Source of the DNA: Octopus bimaculoides
Lineage: Eukaryota
Assembly: GCF_001194135.2 (NCBI RefSeq)
Contig: NC_068999.1
Span: forward strand, 8,440,534 to 8,485,890
Direction: 5' to 3'
DNA: 45,357 nucleotides
Shown: piece by piece, positions 1 through 11,588 of the stretch
How positions within the stretch are numbered: the first letter of the stretch is position 1
How the letters are laid out: every line of letters begins with the position of its first letter
The notes under the pieces: generated by a model
The model's input: only the letters and a program-made list of their open reading frames with translations
The model's database searches: none
What the model was told of the DNA's origin: nothing
Position numbers and translations under genes: made by a program

Positions 1-329
1 TTTGTTCAGGCAGAATTTCTATGGCTGGATGCCCCTCTTCTGTTGCCAATCCTCACTTGTTTCCAAGCAACTTAATATCTCTCCATGGCCAGACATGTTT
101 TCATGGGAAACTCTGTGTGTGTCTGTGTTCTTAAGCAAAACACTTCATTCCACACTGATTCAGTTCACTCTGGTGGCAAATATCAGTAAACCTGTGACAG
201 ACCAGTTGGGTGGTGAATAATAATTTTTCATAGAAATTAAAAGTACTGAAATTGTTTCCCTTTATTCTTAATAAAAGCATAAAAGGGCAGCTTTTAAAAA
301 GGGTCAAAGGTCATTACTGAGCCCTAGGC

Positions 330-615
330 TCACAAGGCCAGTTTCCAGGATTCTGTGAAATATAGAGTCCCTCCATATACTTCTTGAGATTTTTTGCTCA
401 CTGTTCCCAGGGCTCCGACAATTTTTGGTACTACTGCTACCTTTTTCATTAACCACAACTGCTTAACTTCCCAAGCTAACCTATCATATCTCTCGACTTT
501 TCTTTCTTCCTTATCGCATACCTTGTTGCCAGCTGGGCAAGCTATGTTTTCTTTCTCAATTAAGACTATGTCTGACTTCCTATTCTCTATCCCATGGTTG
601 CACTGAATCATAAAA
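330..615 (-). mobile_element. Decayed non-LTR retrotransposon fragment, restriction-like endonuclease (RLE) C-terminus, R4/Dong/R2-type
   Basis: Minus-strand translation ENRKSDIVLIEKENIACPAGNKVCDKEERKVERYDRLAWEVKQLWLMKKVAVVPKIVGALGTVSK resembles the RPD...DIACP...EK..KY..L..E...LW...VVP.V.GALG pattern of RLE LINEs. It abuts an (ATT)n tract at about 618-651. Confidence 0.8.
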
Positions 616-654
<39 letters not shown>

Positions 655-656
<2 letters not shown>

Positions 657-870
657 GTGAGCTGGCAGAATCATTAGCATGCCAGGCAAAATGCTTGGCA
701 GCATTTCGTCCGTCTTTATGTTCTGGGTTCAAATTCCACCAAGGTTGATTTTGCCTTTCATCCTGGGTCAATAAAATAACTATCAGTTAATCACCGGGTG
801 GTCAATGTTATCAATTTAACCCCCATCCCTGCAAAAAAAATTGCTGGCTTTGTGCCAAAATTTGAAATCA
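655..870 (+). mobile_element. tRNA-derived SINE, family B (diverged copy)
   Basis: Head gagctggcagaatcattagcatgccaggcaaaatgcttggc...ttctgggttcaaattcc plus central ttttgcctttcatcc. Homologous to 40499-40715. Confidence 0.75.
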
Positions 871-903
871 TTATTATTGTTATTTTTAAAACTGTCATTT
901 TAG

Positions 904-1014
904 AGTCTTCAAGTTAATTGAATCCTTATCTGAACTTCACATGGGATTTAACAAACTGACTTGTCTACCTGCTGACATTGGCAAAATGGTTCATTTAACA
1001 TACCTTGATGTTCG
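904..1014 (+). CDS. LRRC40: LRRC40 internal exon (xVFKLIESLSELHMGFNKLTCLPADIGKMVHLTYLDV-R)
   Basis: ttttag acceptor (902-903) and gtaggt donor (1015). 111 nt, phase 2 to 2, LRR pattern LxxLxLxxNxL. Joins in frame to the 1421 exon (CG+G = Arg). Confidence 0.88.
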
Positions 1015-1027
1015 GTAGGTATATCTA

Positions 1028-1213
1028 TACTGTTCTATATTGAAGAAATGAGGAATTATGTACATTATTTACATTTGACAGGAATTTGTCCTCATCTTGT
1101 TTGTGGTTAACACAACGTTTCGGCTGATATAACCTCCAGCCTTCATTGGGAGTCTTGGGGAAATTTCGAACCTGGGTTCTCATTCCTAAAGTAATTTTTT
1201 GATATTATTGTTA

Positions 1214-1249
<36 letters not shown>

Positions 1250-1316
1250 GGGTCACTGCCTGGAATCGAACTTGGAATCTTGGGGTTAGTAGCCCGCACT
1301 CTTCACCACTACGCCA
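1028..1316 (-). mobile_element. Composite repeat: tRNA-like head, (AAT)n, Penelope-type tail with degenerate hammerhead motif
   Basis: A box TGGCGTAGTGG (1316-1306), B box GTTCGATTCC, (AAT)n, then gactc-ccaatga-a-ggctg..cagcc-gaaac-gtt-gtgtt (1154-1109). Homologous to 20129-20388 and 20404-20612. Confidence 0.75.
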
Positions 1317-1325
1317 TTTACCCGT

Positions 1326-1400
1326 GGAGGGTATATCAGCCGAAACGTTGTGTTAACAACAAACAAGATGGGGACAAATATCCGTCAAATGTAAATAATG
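1326..1400 (+). mobile_element. Inverted partial copy of the same tail
   Basis: ggagggtatatcagccgaaacgttgtgttaacaacaaacaagatggggacaaatatccgtcaaatgtaaataatg is a near reverse complement of about 1065-1138. Confidence 0.8.
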
Positions 1401-1420
1401 TTTTTACCATCTTCTTTCAG

Positions 1421-1483
1421 GAATAATTGTATGACTGACCTGCCTGAGGAAATCAGTCAGCTGAAGAATCTAAGAGAAATCAA
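1421..1483 (+). CDS. LRRC40: LRRC40 internal exon (NNCMTDLPEEISQLKNLREI...), 3' end lost in the N gap 1484-1493
   Basis: cttctttcag acceptor ending at 1420, in-frame LRR. The donor is not visible because of the gap. Confidence 0.85.
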
Positions 1484-1589
1484 NNNNNNNNNNTAGTATA
1501 TTAGGGGTCCACAGTAATTTTTCAGGGGCCATGAAAAAATTGTATTCCTGACCAGTAAAGTTTGTGTAATAAATTGGTTATATTCTTTT

Positions 1590-1803
1590 TTTATTCTTTT
1601 ATTTGTTTCGGTCATTTGACTCGTGGCCAAGCTGGAACACCACCTTTAGTTGAACAAATCTACTCCAGGACTTATTTTTTGTAAGCCTAGTACTTATTTT
1701 GTTGGTCTCTTTTGCCGAACCGCTAAGTTACGGGTACGTAAACACACCAGCATCGGTTGTCAAGCGATGTTGGGGAGACAAACACAGACACACAAACATA
1801 TAT

Positions 1804-1868
<65 letters not shown>

Positions 1869-1996
1869 TATATACGACAAGCTTCTTTCAGTTTCCGTCT
1901 ACCAAATCCACTCACAAGGCTTTGGTCGACCCAAGGCTATAGTGGAAGACACTTGCCCAAGATGCCACACAGTGGGACTGAACCCGGAACCATGTG
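1590..1996 (-). mobile_element. tRNA-derived SINE, family A
   Basis: Reverse complement of the family-A body (ccttgggcaagtgtcttc...tgagtggatttggtagacggaaactgaaagaagc, (TA)n, gtcttagcggttcggcaaaagagacc-like, ccagcttggccacgagtcaaatgac). Confidence 0.85.
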
Positions 1997-2034
1997 AGTA
2001 AAATCAGAGGCATCCATAGGCAAAAAGATGTTAC

Positions 2035-2436
2035 CAGTGGCGGACTGGCCAGGTTGCCAGCTTCCCCGATGGCTAGTGGGCCTCTGTGCCATCATTAGAA
2101 TCCATATATGGGGTCCCATATTAGTATCTAAAGGGCGTATCCCCTCAAGTTTGAGAATTTTTTTTATTAACACCTGGAAGAATGCATTAATTATTTCAGC
2201 CTGGCTGTGTTTGTAGACAGTTGAAAAGAATACTTTTAACAAAAACAAAGAAAAAAATTAAATGAGAGCATTGTAGTTGTAGGTGGGTCAGGTGGGTCCC
2301 CTTGCNNNNNNNNNNAAAGAAAAAAATTAAATGAGAGCATTGTAGTTGTAGGTGGGTCAGGTGGGTCCCCTTGCAGTTGCGGACGGGCCCCCTTAGTCTC
2401 TTGGCAACCAATATTTTTAGACCCAATCCGCCACTG
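2035..2436. mobile_element. hAT-type MITE in an LRRC40 intron
   Basis: TIR CAGTGGCGGACTGG / CCAATCCGCCACTG (13 of 14 match). Flanking 8-mers gatgttac / attgttac (6 of 8) fit a decayed 8-bp TSD. Confidence 0.7.
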
Positions 2437-2518
2437 ATTGTTACCACAATCTCTCAGTGAATCTATCAACCCCCCAATTTCTTATTTTCATCCTCCTCTT
2501 CTTATTTCTTTTGTTTAG

Positions 2519-2704
2519 GTTTTCTACAATCCCCCCGGTGATCTATACCCTCTCCAAACTGGAAATACTGTTCATCAATGGCAACAAGCTAACAGAGGTG
2601 GATGTAGACTCCCTCCAGAAGCTGCCAATCCTCACTACCCTAAATCTACAGAACAACAACCTAACTCAGATTCCACCAGAATTGGCTCTTTGTCCCAAAT
2701 TGGC
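2519..2704 (+). CDS. LRRC40: LRRC40 internal exon (R-FSTIPPVIYTLSKLEILFINGNKLTEVDVDSLQKLPILTTLNLQNNNLTQIPPELALCPKL-A)
   Basis: Long pyrimidine tract and AG at 2517-2518, gtgagt donor at 2705. 186 nt, phase 2 to 2. LTTLNLQNNNLTQIPPEL matches the LRRC40 penultimate repeat as I recall it (LTTLDLQNNDLLQIPPEL). Confidence 0.92.
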
Positions 2705-3199
2705 GTGAGTATTGTTTAATTAATTCACTTATACAAGAATATGTTGTCGGCTGATCTGCTAGAAATAGTAGCCAAATCTCACTCAAATCACACCCTACTT
2801 TTAAGAAATGAAGGACACATCGGATATTGTAGTCCTGGATACCGTATGTGTCTATGAAAGAATTTCTAAGTGGATGCTTAACATGCTAGAAAGAGCAGTT
2901 AAATCTCCTGCAAATTACATTTTCTGTCATTATCATCACCAACTTTCATCACCAACATCCACTTTTCTATGTTTGCATGGGTTGGACGGAGTTCATTGGG
3001 TGGGATAGATATTCTGTGGTCAGACACTTTTCCTGTTGCTAACCTTCGCCTGTTTCCAAGCACTGTTATATTTCCCTGGACATGTTTTCACAGAAGATCG
3101 GAACTACATATACAAATATACCCCCCCACACACACACACACACATGTATGTATGTGTGTGTGTGTGTATGTATGTATGTGTATATATATATATATATAG

Positions 3200-3328
<129 letters not shown>

Positions 3329-4310
3329 GTGTTCTTTGTTTGTTTGTTTGCAGTTCACTTCACACCAGCTACCAGCATGTACTTTTTTTTTTATATATAT
3401 GTAATATATACACTTCCTGTGTGTAAGCATGCACACACACACACACACACACACACATGCAAATATATATGCACATATACATACATATGTACATGCATAT
3501 ACATACTCATACATACATGCACACTAATATACTCACATACGCACATACACAATAATACACAAACATAAGGCGTCGAGCTGGCAGAATCGGNNNNNNNNNN
3601 NNNNNNNNNNNNNNNNNNNNNNNNNNNNNNNNNNNNNNNNNNNNNNNNNNNNNNNNNNNNNNNNNNNNNNNNNNNNNNNNNNNNNNNNNNNNNNNNNNNN
3701 NNNNNNNNNNNNNNNNNNNNNNNNNNNNNNNNNNNNNNNNNNNNNNNNNNNNNNNNNNNNNNNNNNNNNNNNNNNNNNNNNNNNNNNNNNNNNNNNNNNN
3801 NNNNNNNNNNNNNNNNNNNNNNNNNNNNNNNNNNNNNNNNNNNNNNNNNNNNNNNNNNNNNNNNNNNNNNNNNNNNNNNNNNNNNNNNNNNNNNNNNNNN
3901 NNNNNNNNNNNNNNNNNNNNNNNNNNNNNNNNNNNNNNNNNNNNNNNNNNNNNNNNNNNNNNNNNNNNNNNNNNNNNNNNNNNNNNNNNNNNNNNNNNNN
4001 NNNNNNNNNNNNNNNNNNNNNNNNNNNNNNNNNNNNNNNNNNNNNNNNNNNNNNNNNNNNNNNNNNNNNNNNNNNNNNNNNNNNNNNNNNNNNNNNNNNN
4101 NNNNNNNNNNNNNNNNNNNNNNNNNNNNNNNNNNNNNNNNNNNNNNNNNNNNNNNNNNNNNNNNNNNNNNNNNNNNNNNNNNNNNNNNNNNNNNNNNNNN
4201 NNNNNNNNNNNNNNNNNNNNNNNNNNNNNNNNNNNNNNNNNNNNNNNNNNNNNNNNNNNNNNNNNNNNNNNNNNNNNNNNNNNNNNNNNNNNNNNNNNNN
4301 NNNNNNNNNN

Positions 4311-4354
<44 letters not shown>
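4311..4354. repeat. (CT)n microsatellite at a gap edge; a (CTAT)n-like tract follows at about 4528-4645
   Basis: Direct reading. Confidence 0.95.
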
Positions 4355-4357
<3 letters not shown>

Positions 4358-5299
4358 CTTTTCTTTCTGGAAAAGGACTAATGTCCGAAATGTTAAAACA
4401 CTCCATATCTATCACAAATTTTCAAGCATTAAACTGATTACTGTATTTTGTCATACATTGTTCTTATATTGTTTTTTTTTTTTATATTTTTTCAAAAATA
4501 ATTTTACATATGTGCATGTATGTATATATCTACCTGCCTATCTACCTGCCTATCTATCTGCCTATCTGTCTATCTATGTGTCTTATCTATCTATCCATCT
4601 ATCGATCCATCTTATCGATCAATCCATCTATCTATCTATTCAATCATCTAACGTGGTATGGATTGAATTTTTATAAATATATATATATGTTTGTCCATGT
4701 TGGTGCCATATAAAAAACATTGGTAATGGTTCCACGTATAAAACACTAGTGCTGGTGCTGTGTATGAAAAGCACTAGTGCTCATGTCACTTAAAAAGCAC
4801 TGGTGATTGTGCCACATGAAAAGCACCCTGTACACTCTGTAAAGTAGTTGGCATTGAGAAGGGCACCGAGTGGCAGAAACCATGCCAAAGCCGACTATGG
4901 AACCTATGGGACTCAATATGGAACTATGGAACTCAATACATGAGTTTGAGAAGTACCAAGTATGAAACACTTTGTCCTTCAGTTACATTTATTTGCATTG
5001 CATGTGTGTGTTTTAATTATCACCAGAAAATGTTGACTGTCTGATGATGATGGTGAGCAAGCCAAAACTTTGATGTCACTATCAAATTTTGTCTTGTAAA
5101 AATTCAACAAAAATGTTCTTAGTAAAACGATCGAGTTTGGAGACTTCCCAGTTCTTGAGATTCTTGCCTCATCTCATTTGGAGTTGGTCCGAGTGATTGT
5201 TTTACCTTCTCCGGAAGCATAAATAATTTCAATGAATCAAGAATTTATGTGGTGTGCTATTTAATACACTTTTATTTGTCTTTGCTACTCAGAGTTACT

Positions 5300-5745
5300 T
5301 TTCTTACTTCATAAAACTAATACACCTGCTTGTTGTTCATACGCCTGTCTTTTGTCTTTCTGTAAATTTCAACTATATATCATACGCTCATGTGGTCACC
5401 CCAGTCTTATCCTGCTTTAACCTACGGATTTCACTGGACTCTTCCCTTGATGAAAAATTGCTCCAATATACCACGTTTGAACATTTTTGAGCTTTCTATT
5501 TTTTCATACTCCATACGTTGTTAATTTACCTTTCTCTCTCTCTTTCTTCTTCTTTTCGTCTTAAATCTAGAAGTTTTTTTTATTCTCTCACTGTTTATTT
5601 TCTCTTATTCCTTTCTGTCGAAGAGCATAGGCTCAAAATGTAAAAGACTCTCTCATTTTCCCGAGCGTCAAACTAATACACCTGCTTGTTGTTCATTCAC
5701 CTGTCTTCATCTTTTGTTTTTCTGTAAATTTTCACATATATATAT
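5300..5745 (+). mobile_element. Penelope-type pseudo-LTR remnants with hammerhead-like motif at 5610-5647
   Basis: aaactaatacacctgcttgttgttca occurs twice (about 5313 and 5670). ccttt-CTGTCGA-a-GAGC-atag-GCTC-aaaat-gta-aaaga. Homologous to 23790-23900 on -. Confidence 0.55.
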
Positions 5746-5924
5746 AATTAGAAGTATGGTGATGCAGACAGGGAAAATAGAACTCACAATACATGTATAT
5801 TTTCATTAATATTTAACTGAAGGAACAAAGTGATTCAAGGGCTGAAAGTTTGTTTGATGTGTGCCAATGCATGAAACATTTGGCCCTTAAAATCATTCTG
5901 TTGCTTTTGCTAAATATTAAATAA

Positions 5925-5956
<32 letters not shown>

Positions 5957-6231
5957 TCGCAAATAGAAGGGTAAAGGATTATTAATTTATTAATAAATTA
6001 ATAATTTTTACCAAGCACTTCGGTATGTAAACACCATTATCAGTGAAGAACTTATTTAAAAGTTCTTATAAATTTATAAACATAATTAAGGGATCAGCAC
6101 TTTAGCTGCTATTTCTGGACTTCGGTATGTGGTAAAGCAACTGTTGCTGATCCCTTAATTATGTTTATATATATATTCATTTTCCCTTGTTCTGTTTTTG
6201 CCTTGTGAGTTACCTGGCAACCTCAGAAACG

Positions 6232-6412
6232 CAGGTGCCATGTAAAAAGCACCCAGTCCACACTGTAAAGTGTTTGGCATCAGGAAGGACACCCAGCCGT
6301 AGAAACCATACCAAAACTGACAGTAGTGCTCTGCAGCTTGCCAGGTCCTGTCAGACCGTCCAACCCATGCCAACACGAAAAAAAAAAAATTCATGTCAAA
6401 TGATGATGCTAT
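6232..6412 (+). mobile_element. SINE/RTE-tail family (ggcatcaggaagg(g)catccagc...ccaacccatgcca...(GAT)n); further copies near 1-130, 2965-3075, 10255-10385, 11185-11370, 33245-33390, 36585-36710, 39200-39460, 40150-40320, 44788-44945
   Basis: Recurrent body aggaagggcatccagctgtagaaa...gtccaacccatgccagcatggaaa.cggacgttaaa(c/t)gatgat. Confidence 0.75.
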
Positions 6413-8362
6413 TTGACAGGCATCCACAGTCACGTTTCACCCGTCAAATATTAGTCTACCCCTCAAATCATGCCAGGTGGTTTTTACCCCAGGTGCTGGG
6501 CCGTGATATTGAACCTGGTTCATAATAGATGTTAACAAACTCCTTAACCACACAACTAATGTCTGCATCTATATATAGTTTTCTGTCTTTCACTCTGTTC
6601 TACATACTAATGCAGTACTCTTTTTTTTGTTCCATCATTTATATGTGCCCCTCCCTCCACTCCAACTCCAACCCCTCCACACACACATAACCACAGCCTA
6701 CAGTCTGAAACTACTAAAAAAATAAAATTTTCCAAACCATTGTATATTCTTTGGCAAGTCTTTTAAGAAAGCATGTATTTTTTAAAGTATTATGTATTGT
6801 TTCAATACCCATGTTTATGCGCACTACATCTGACACATCAGAGCACGCACACGCGCGCACACACACACACTTACCCGTTTTCCACCACATTTCTTAAAAA
6901 TCGTGGTAGAGNNNNNNNNNNNNNNNNNNNNNNNNNNNNNNNNNNNNNNNNNNNNNNNNNNNNNNNNNNNNNNNNNNNNNNNNNNNNNNNNNNNNNNNNN
7001 NNNNNNNNNNNNNNNNNNNNNNNNNNNNNNNNNNNNNNNNNNNNNNNNNNNNNNNNNNNNNNNNNNNNNNNNNNNNNNNNNNNNNNNNNNNNNNNNNNNN
7101 NNNNNNNNNNNNNNNNNNNNNNNNNNNNNNNNNNNNNNNNNNNNNNNNNNNNNNNNNNNNNNNNNNNNNNNNNNNNNNNNNNNNNNNNNNNNNNNNNNNN
7201 NNNNNNNNNNNNNNNNNNNNNNNNNNNNNNNNNNNNNNNNNNNNNNNNNNNNNNNNNNNNNNNNNNNNNNNNNNNNNNNNNNNNNNNNNNNNNNNNNNNN
7301 NNNNNNNNNNNNNNNNNNNNNNNNNNNNNNNNNNNNNNNNNNNNNNNNNNNNNNNNNNNNNNNNNNNNNNNNNNNNNNNNNNNNNNNNNNNNNNNNNNNN
7401 NNNNNNNNNNNNNNNNNNNNNNNNNNNNNNNNNNNNNNNNNNNNNNNNNNNNNNNNNNNNNNNNNNNNNNNNNNNNNNNNNNNNNNNNNNNNNNNNNNNN
7501 NNNNNNNNNNNNNNNNNNNNNNNNNNNNNNNNNNNNNNNNNNNNNNNNNNNNNNNNNNNNNNNNNNNNNNNNNNNNNNNNNNNNNNNNNNNNNNNNNNNN
7601 NNNNNNNNNNNNNNNNNNNNNNNNNNNNNNNNNNNNNNNNNNNNNNNNNNNNNNNNNNNNNNNNNNNNNNNNNNNNNNNNNNNNNNNNNNNNNNNNNNNN
7701 NNNNNNNNNNNNNNNNNNNNNNNNNNNNNNNNNNNNNNNNGGTTGCTATGACATTGAGGTAGATCTGGCCACTCCCCGTTAACAGAGATAAAACCCCGAC
7801 TTAAAATGATGGATGATGATGAGACATCCATCTGCGGGTGATTGGCTTAGTTTTCTGTCATGGCTAAATATTCATGTATGGAACTGATGGATGAAATCTG
7901 TCCCCCCCCCTTCACCTTCTTTGTTTAGCAGGGCAGTAACTCTGAATACAAACTGATTCTGTCTGACAACCCATCTATGCCATGCCAGCCTGGAAAGAAG
8001 ACATCAAATAATGGTGGTGAGTCTTTTTCTTCATCTTTGGTAAGATAATATTAGTGGAATGATTTCCTGTTGCTACTGGAATAGATTTAGTGGGTGGGGT
8101 TGTATAATTAATTTTTTTAAATATACAGACATGCATACACATATATTTATGTGCGTCTATATATAATTACATATATATATATATATATGAGGTTATTTGC
8201 TATGTCCAGTCATCAAGTGACCATTGTTTCACACCTATAAAGTGCTTAGCCATATAGGCAACTCATCAGACTCAAATGGCCAGAGACACATAACTTCTCT
8301 ACAACTAGAGGGAGGGAAACATCATGGTCAGTTTGTAAACAAAATTTCTGTAATGAAACTTT

Positions 8363-8645
8363 ATCTCCCTTAGATCAGTTCCAGTTATGTCCATACACCT
8401 GCCTGAGACATCTGAATGTGATAGCTTTTCTTTAGTCAGCAAATGGGGAATTCCATATTTCTAAAAGGAATTTCCTCTGATGTAGACCTTTTTAAACTCC
8501 AAAAAAGAGATATTTAGTCAGTGCCCTCATCAGAGGAAATTCCTGTCAGAAGCATGGAATACCAAATTTGCCAACTCAAGGAATGCTACCACTTTGATGT
8601 TTGCAACAGGGACATGGACCTAACTGAAAATGATCTAAGGGAGAT
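8363..8645. repeat. Long imperfect inverted repeat (arms 8363-8482 and 8528-8645, 45-nt spacer)
   Basis: Arms begin atctcccttagatca and end aggaatttcctctgatg; innermost 17 bp are perfect; roughly three-quarters identity by eye. Confidence 0.9.
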
Positions 8646-9334
8646 GACTCTGCCCAAGGTGATATGTAGAGGTTGCAAAGCTTGCTTCTTAACTTTACAG
8701 CTATGCCTGCGCCTATATTCTGCGGCCTTCAAAATTTTATACAATGCTTCCTTCCATCCTGCTCTGCTGTTTTACACTGGTACTAAACTATTTCTTTTTA
8801 TTCATGGTCTCCATTGATGACTATTTCATATTGATGGACCCACATCTCCATTCCATGTTTAAAAACAAGTTTTATGTCTACTTCTTTCAAAGTTCCTATT
8901 TGTATAAGTTTACAATTGCATTCACTGAAAGAACATTCGCTTTTTTTTCCCAGTGGTTGGAGAAACATGTTGAAGTATGTAAAAACATTACAGAATGAAT
9001 CCTAGCTTTTTCTTTGCAAAATTTCCTTTTTTATGGTCCCTTTAAATACTGCTGTGGGGCTCCAATTCACTATTTTGCTTGTGTGCACCCCAAAAAATCT
9101 CATATGGACTACTCGTCCCCCCAGAGATCATATCAACCATGGTCAAGAGCCACTGTTTTAAACTTTATCTATAACCAAGTGGCCTGGGACATCCATAGGG
9201 TCTTTTTTGCTTTTTGTGGGGAAGGGTTACAAGGGGCATGGTGTGTTGATAGTAGTGTTAAGTTAATTTTCCAAAATTTTTGATACCGAAAATATTGGAA
9301 TAGAAAATGAGCGAAGAGTAAAATTTCAGAAATA

Positions 9335-9340
9335 TTTATT
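9335..9340 (-). promoter_or_regulatory. Candidate polyadenylation signal (AATAAA) for the EF-hand gene
   Basis: TTTATT on +, about 660 nt downstream of the stop codon at 10000. Motif only. Confidence 0.3.
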
Positions 9341-9651
9341 TACTTAAAAAAACGGTATACACATAATCTATATGTGTGAGTTGTGTAATAAATATGTGTA
9401 TGTATGTAGGCATATGTGTGTGTATGTATGTATATATATGTTTGTACCTATGCATATATGTATGTGAGTATATCTATAAATATGTTCAAATATGAATTAG
9501 AAGCAGTGTTAGTGTTGTAAACATTATTGAGCACACATACATAATGTATCTGCTTTGTGGCCTACTGGCAAACAAGCAGAGTATGTACATTATGTATGTG
9601 TGGATGATAATGCTTATATAAATATATATACATATATTATTTGATAAACAC

Positions 9652-9851
9652 TATATGTATTTAAGTGCTACTATTAGTTTCCTGTGCCGCGAGCATGCCA
9701 AACAGTGTCTTTTAATACATCTGGTGTCTTAGCACAATCATCAGACACTGCTCACAGTGTCTGATGATTGTGCTAGGACACCAGGCACATTAAAAAACAC
9801 TTTGGCATGCTCTCAGCACATGAAACTGATAGTAGCACATCAATACATATA
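9652..9851. repeat. Near-perfect 200-bp palindrome (foldback/MITE-like), 4-nt loop at 9751-9754
   Basis: Arms of 99 and 97 nt. Innermost 21 bp perfect (tagcacaatcatcagacactg / cagtgtctgatgattgtgcta); about 12 mismatches and one 2-nt indel overall. Confidence 0.95.
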
Positions 9852-9999
9852 TTGGTTATTAAATAATATTTATCTCTCTCCAGATGGTGTACTTCTTTTG
9901 TTGATTTACCATCACAGAAGAGTACGCTATGTGTGTATGTCTGTATGTATAGTAAGATGATATGGATTTAGTTTATGGTTATGCGCCAATTGGAATGGT

Positions 10000-10204
10000 T
10001 TAGAAACCAAAGTTGACCATGAATTCTGAGTAGTCGACTTTACCATCTTTGTTTTTGTCGATAAAGTCCACCCAGGCCTGCAGCTGGTCCTCTGCCAAAG
10101 ACTGCCGCTCGATTTCTTTGGTAGCTTTGAGAAGGTCATCGATGGTTATGTATCCGTCTCCGTCTTTGTCACATTTCTGGAATGAGTTCCTTACATCCTC
10201 AATG
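10000..10204 (-). CDS. Calmodulin-like EF-hand protein, terminal exon (G-IEDVRNSFQKCDKDGDGYITIDDLLKATKEIERQSLAEDQLQAWVDFIDKNKDGKVDYSEFMVNFGF*)
   Basis: Poly-T tract and CAG acceptor (10206-10205), phase 2. EF loops DKDGDGYITIDD and DKNKDGKVDYSE; stop at 10002-10000. Confidence 0.92.
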
Positions 10205-10758
10205 CTGGAATTTAAAAAAAAAAAAATGTTTAAATATAAAAACACCATCATCATCATTATTTAATATCCATGTTGGCATGGATTGGACAGTTTGACAGGA
10301 TCTGATGTGTCCAAGTACTGCATCCTGCTCTAGCGTCCATTTTGGCATGATTTCTACAACTGGACGCCTTTCCTAATGCCAACCGCTTCATAATTATGTG
10401 AAAACCAGAATCAGAACAGACATATATCTTTTACTTGTGTCAGTCAATGGACTGTGTTCATGCTGGAGCAATGGTCTGAAGGTTTTAGTCAAATGAACTG
10501 ACCACAGTGCATTTTTTTTTTTAAGTCTAGGACTTTATCAGTTTCTTTTGCAACTGCTAAGTTACAAAGATGCAAACAAACTAATACTGATTCTCTGGGG
10601 ATAGTGAACACACACACATACAAATATATGTATGATGGGCTTCCTCACAGTTTCCACCTGCCAAATTCACTCACATGGCATTGGTTGGTTCAGGGGCTAG
10701 AGCGGAAGAAATATTGACAGACCGTCACCACATCCACTTCCATTTTTTTTTTTCTGCA

Positions 10759-11140
10759 GGAGTGGCTGTGTGGTAAGTAACTTGCTTACCAACCACATGG
10801 TTCTGGGTTTAGTCCCACTGCATGGTACCTTGGGCAAGTGTCTTCTACTATAGCCTCGGGAGTGGATTTGGTAGACGGAAACTGAAAGAAGCCCGTCATA
10901 TATATATATATATATGTATGTGTGTTTGTGTGTCTGTGTTTGTCCCTCCACCATCGCTTGACAATCGTTGCTGGTGTGTTTACGTCCCTGTAACTTAGCG
11001 CTTTGGCAAAAAGAGACCAATAGAATAAGTACTAGGCTTACAAAGAATAAGTCCTGGGTTGATTTGCTCGACTAAAAAAAAGGTGGTGCTCCAGCATGGC
11101 CACAGTCAAATGATTGAAACAAGTAAAAGAATAAAAGAAT
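10759..11140 (+). mobile_element. tRNA-derived SINE, family A, near full length
   Basis: Head ggagtggctgtgtggtaag...ggttctgggtttagtccc, central domain, (TA)n(TG)n, 3' ggtgctccagcatggccacagtcaaatgattgaaacaagtaaaaga. Confidence 0.88.
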
Positions 11141-11410
11141 ATCACAACAGCAGAGGATACACATCAAGCCAAGTGAAATTGTAGCCATGGCCAGTGTTGG
11201 TGACACGTAGAAAGCACCCAGTACATTCTGTAGAGTGGTTGGCATCAGGAAGGGCACCCAGCTGTAGAAACCAAACCAAATCAGACTGGGGGCTGGTGTA
11301 GCTCTCTGCTTTACCAGTTTTCAGTCAAACTGTCTAACCCATGCCAGCATGGAAAACGGATGCTAAATGATGGTGAATTTTAAAACAAATAGAAAATCAA
11401 ATTGTTTTAC

Positions 11411-11508
11411 CCATAATGCCGTTGCCTAAGTACTTTCCGTACTCTAGTTATGAACTCCTTCCAGGTAATGACACCGTTTTCATTCCTTTTGCATTTTTGG
11501 TATAAATA
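11411..11508 (-). CDS. Calmodulin-like EF-hand protein, middle exon (YLYQKCKRNENGVITWKEFITRVRKVLRQRHY-G)
   Basis: tttcttttccag acceptor (11510-11509) and gtaaaa donor (11410). 98 nt, phase 0 to 2, exactly bridging the phase-0 end of the 24392 exon and the phase-2 start of the 10204 exon. Degenerate EF loop KRNENGVITWKE. Confidence 0.9.
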
Positions 11509-11588
11509 CTGGAAAAGAAAAGAAAAATTTACTTGCATCAAAAAAAAATTTTGAATTTAAATTATTTGATTTTTTTTCAACATAGGCA

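Noticed and set aside
1650-2001. Recurrent ORFs such as CKPSTYxxGLFCRTAKL and WASFSFRLPNPLTRLWS (also 10697, 11557, 19005, 23938, 32970, 43539)
   Set aside because: Translations of SINE family A; repetition reflects element copy number, not a protein family.
2247-2374. Exact duplication of about 60 bp either side of a 10-N gap
   Set aside because: Typical unmerged contig overlap; assembly artefact.
3507-7831. Long ORFs of 280-416 aa here and at 14474-14827, 19005-19775, 30020-30695, 33250-34500
   Set aside because: They run through N gaps translated as X and carry no coding evidence.
8521-8817. 98-aa ORF SSEEIPVRSMEYQ...
   Set aside because: GTG start, overlaps the right arm of a DNA inverted repeat, no splice signals or domain.
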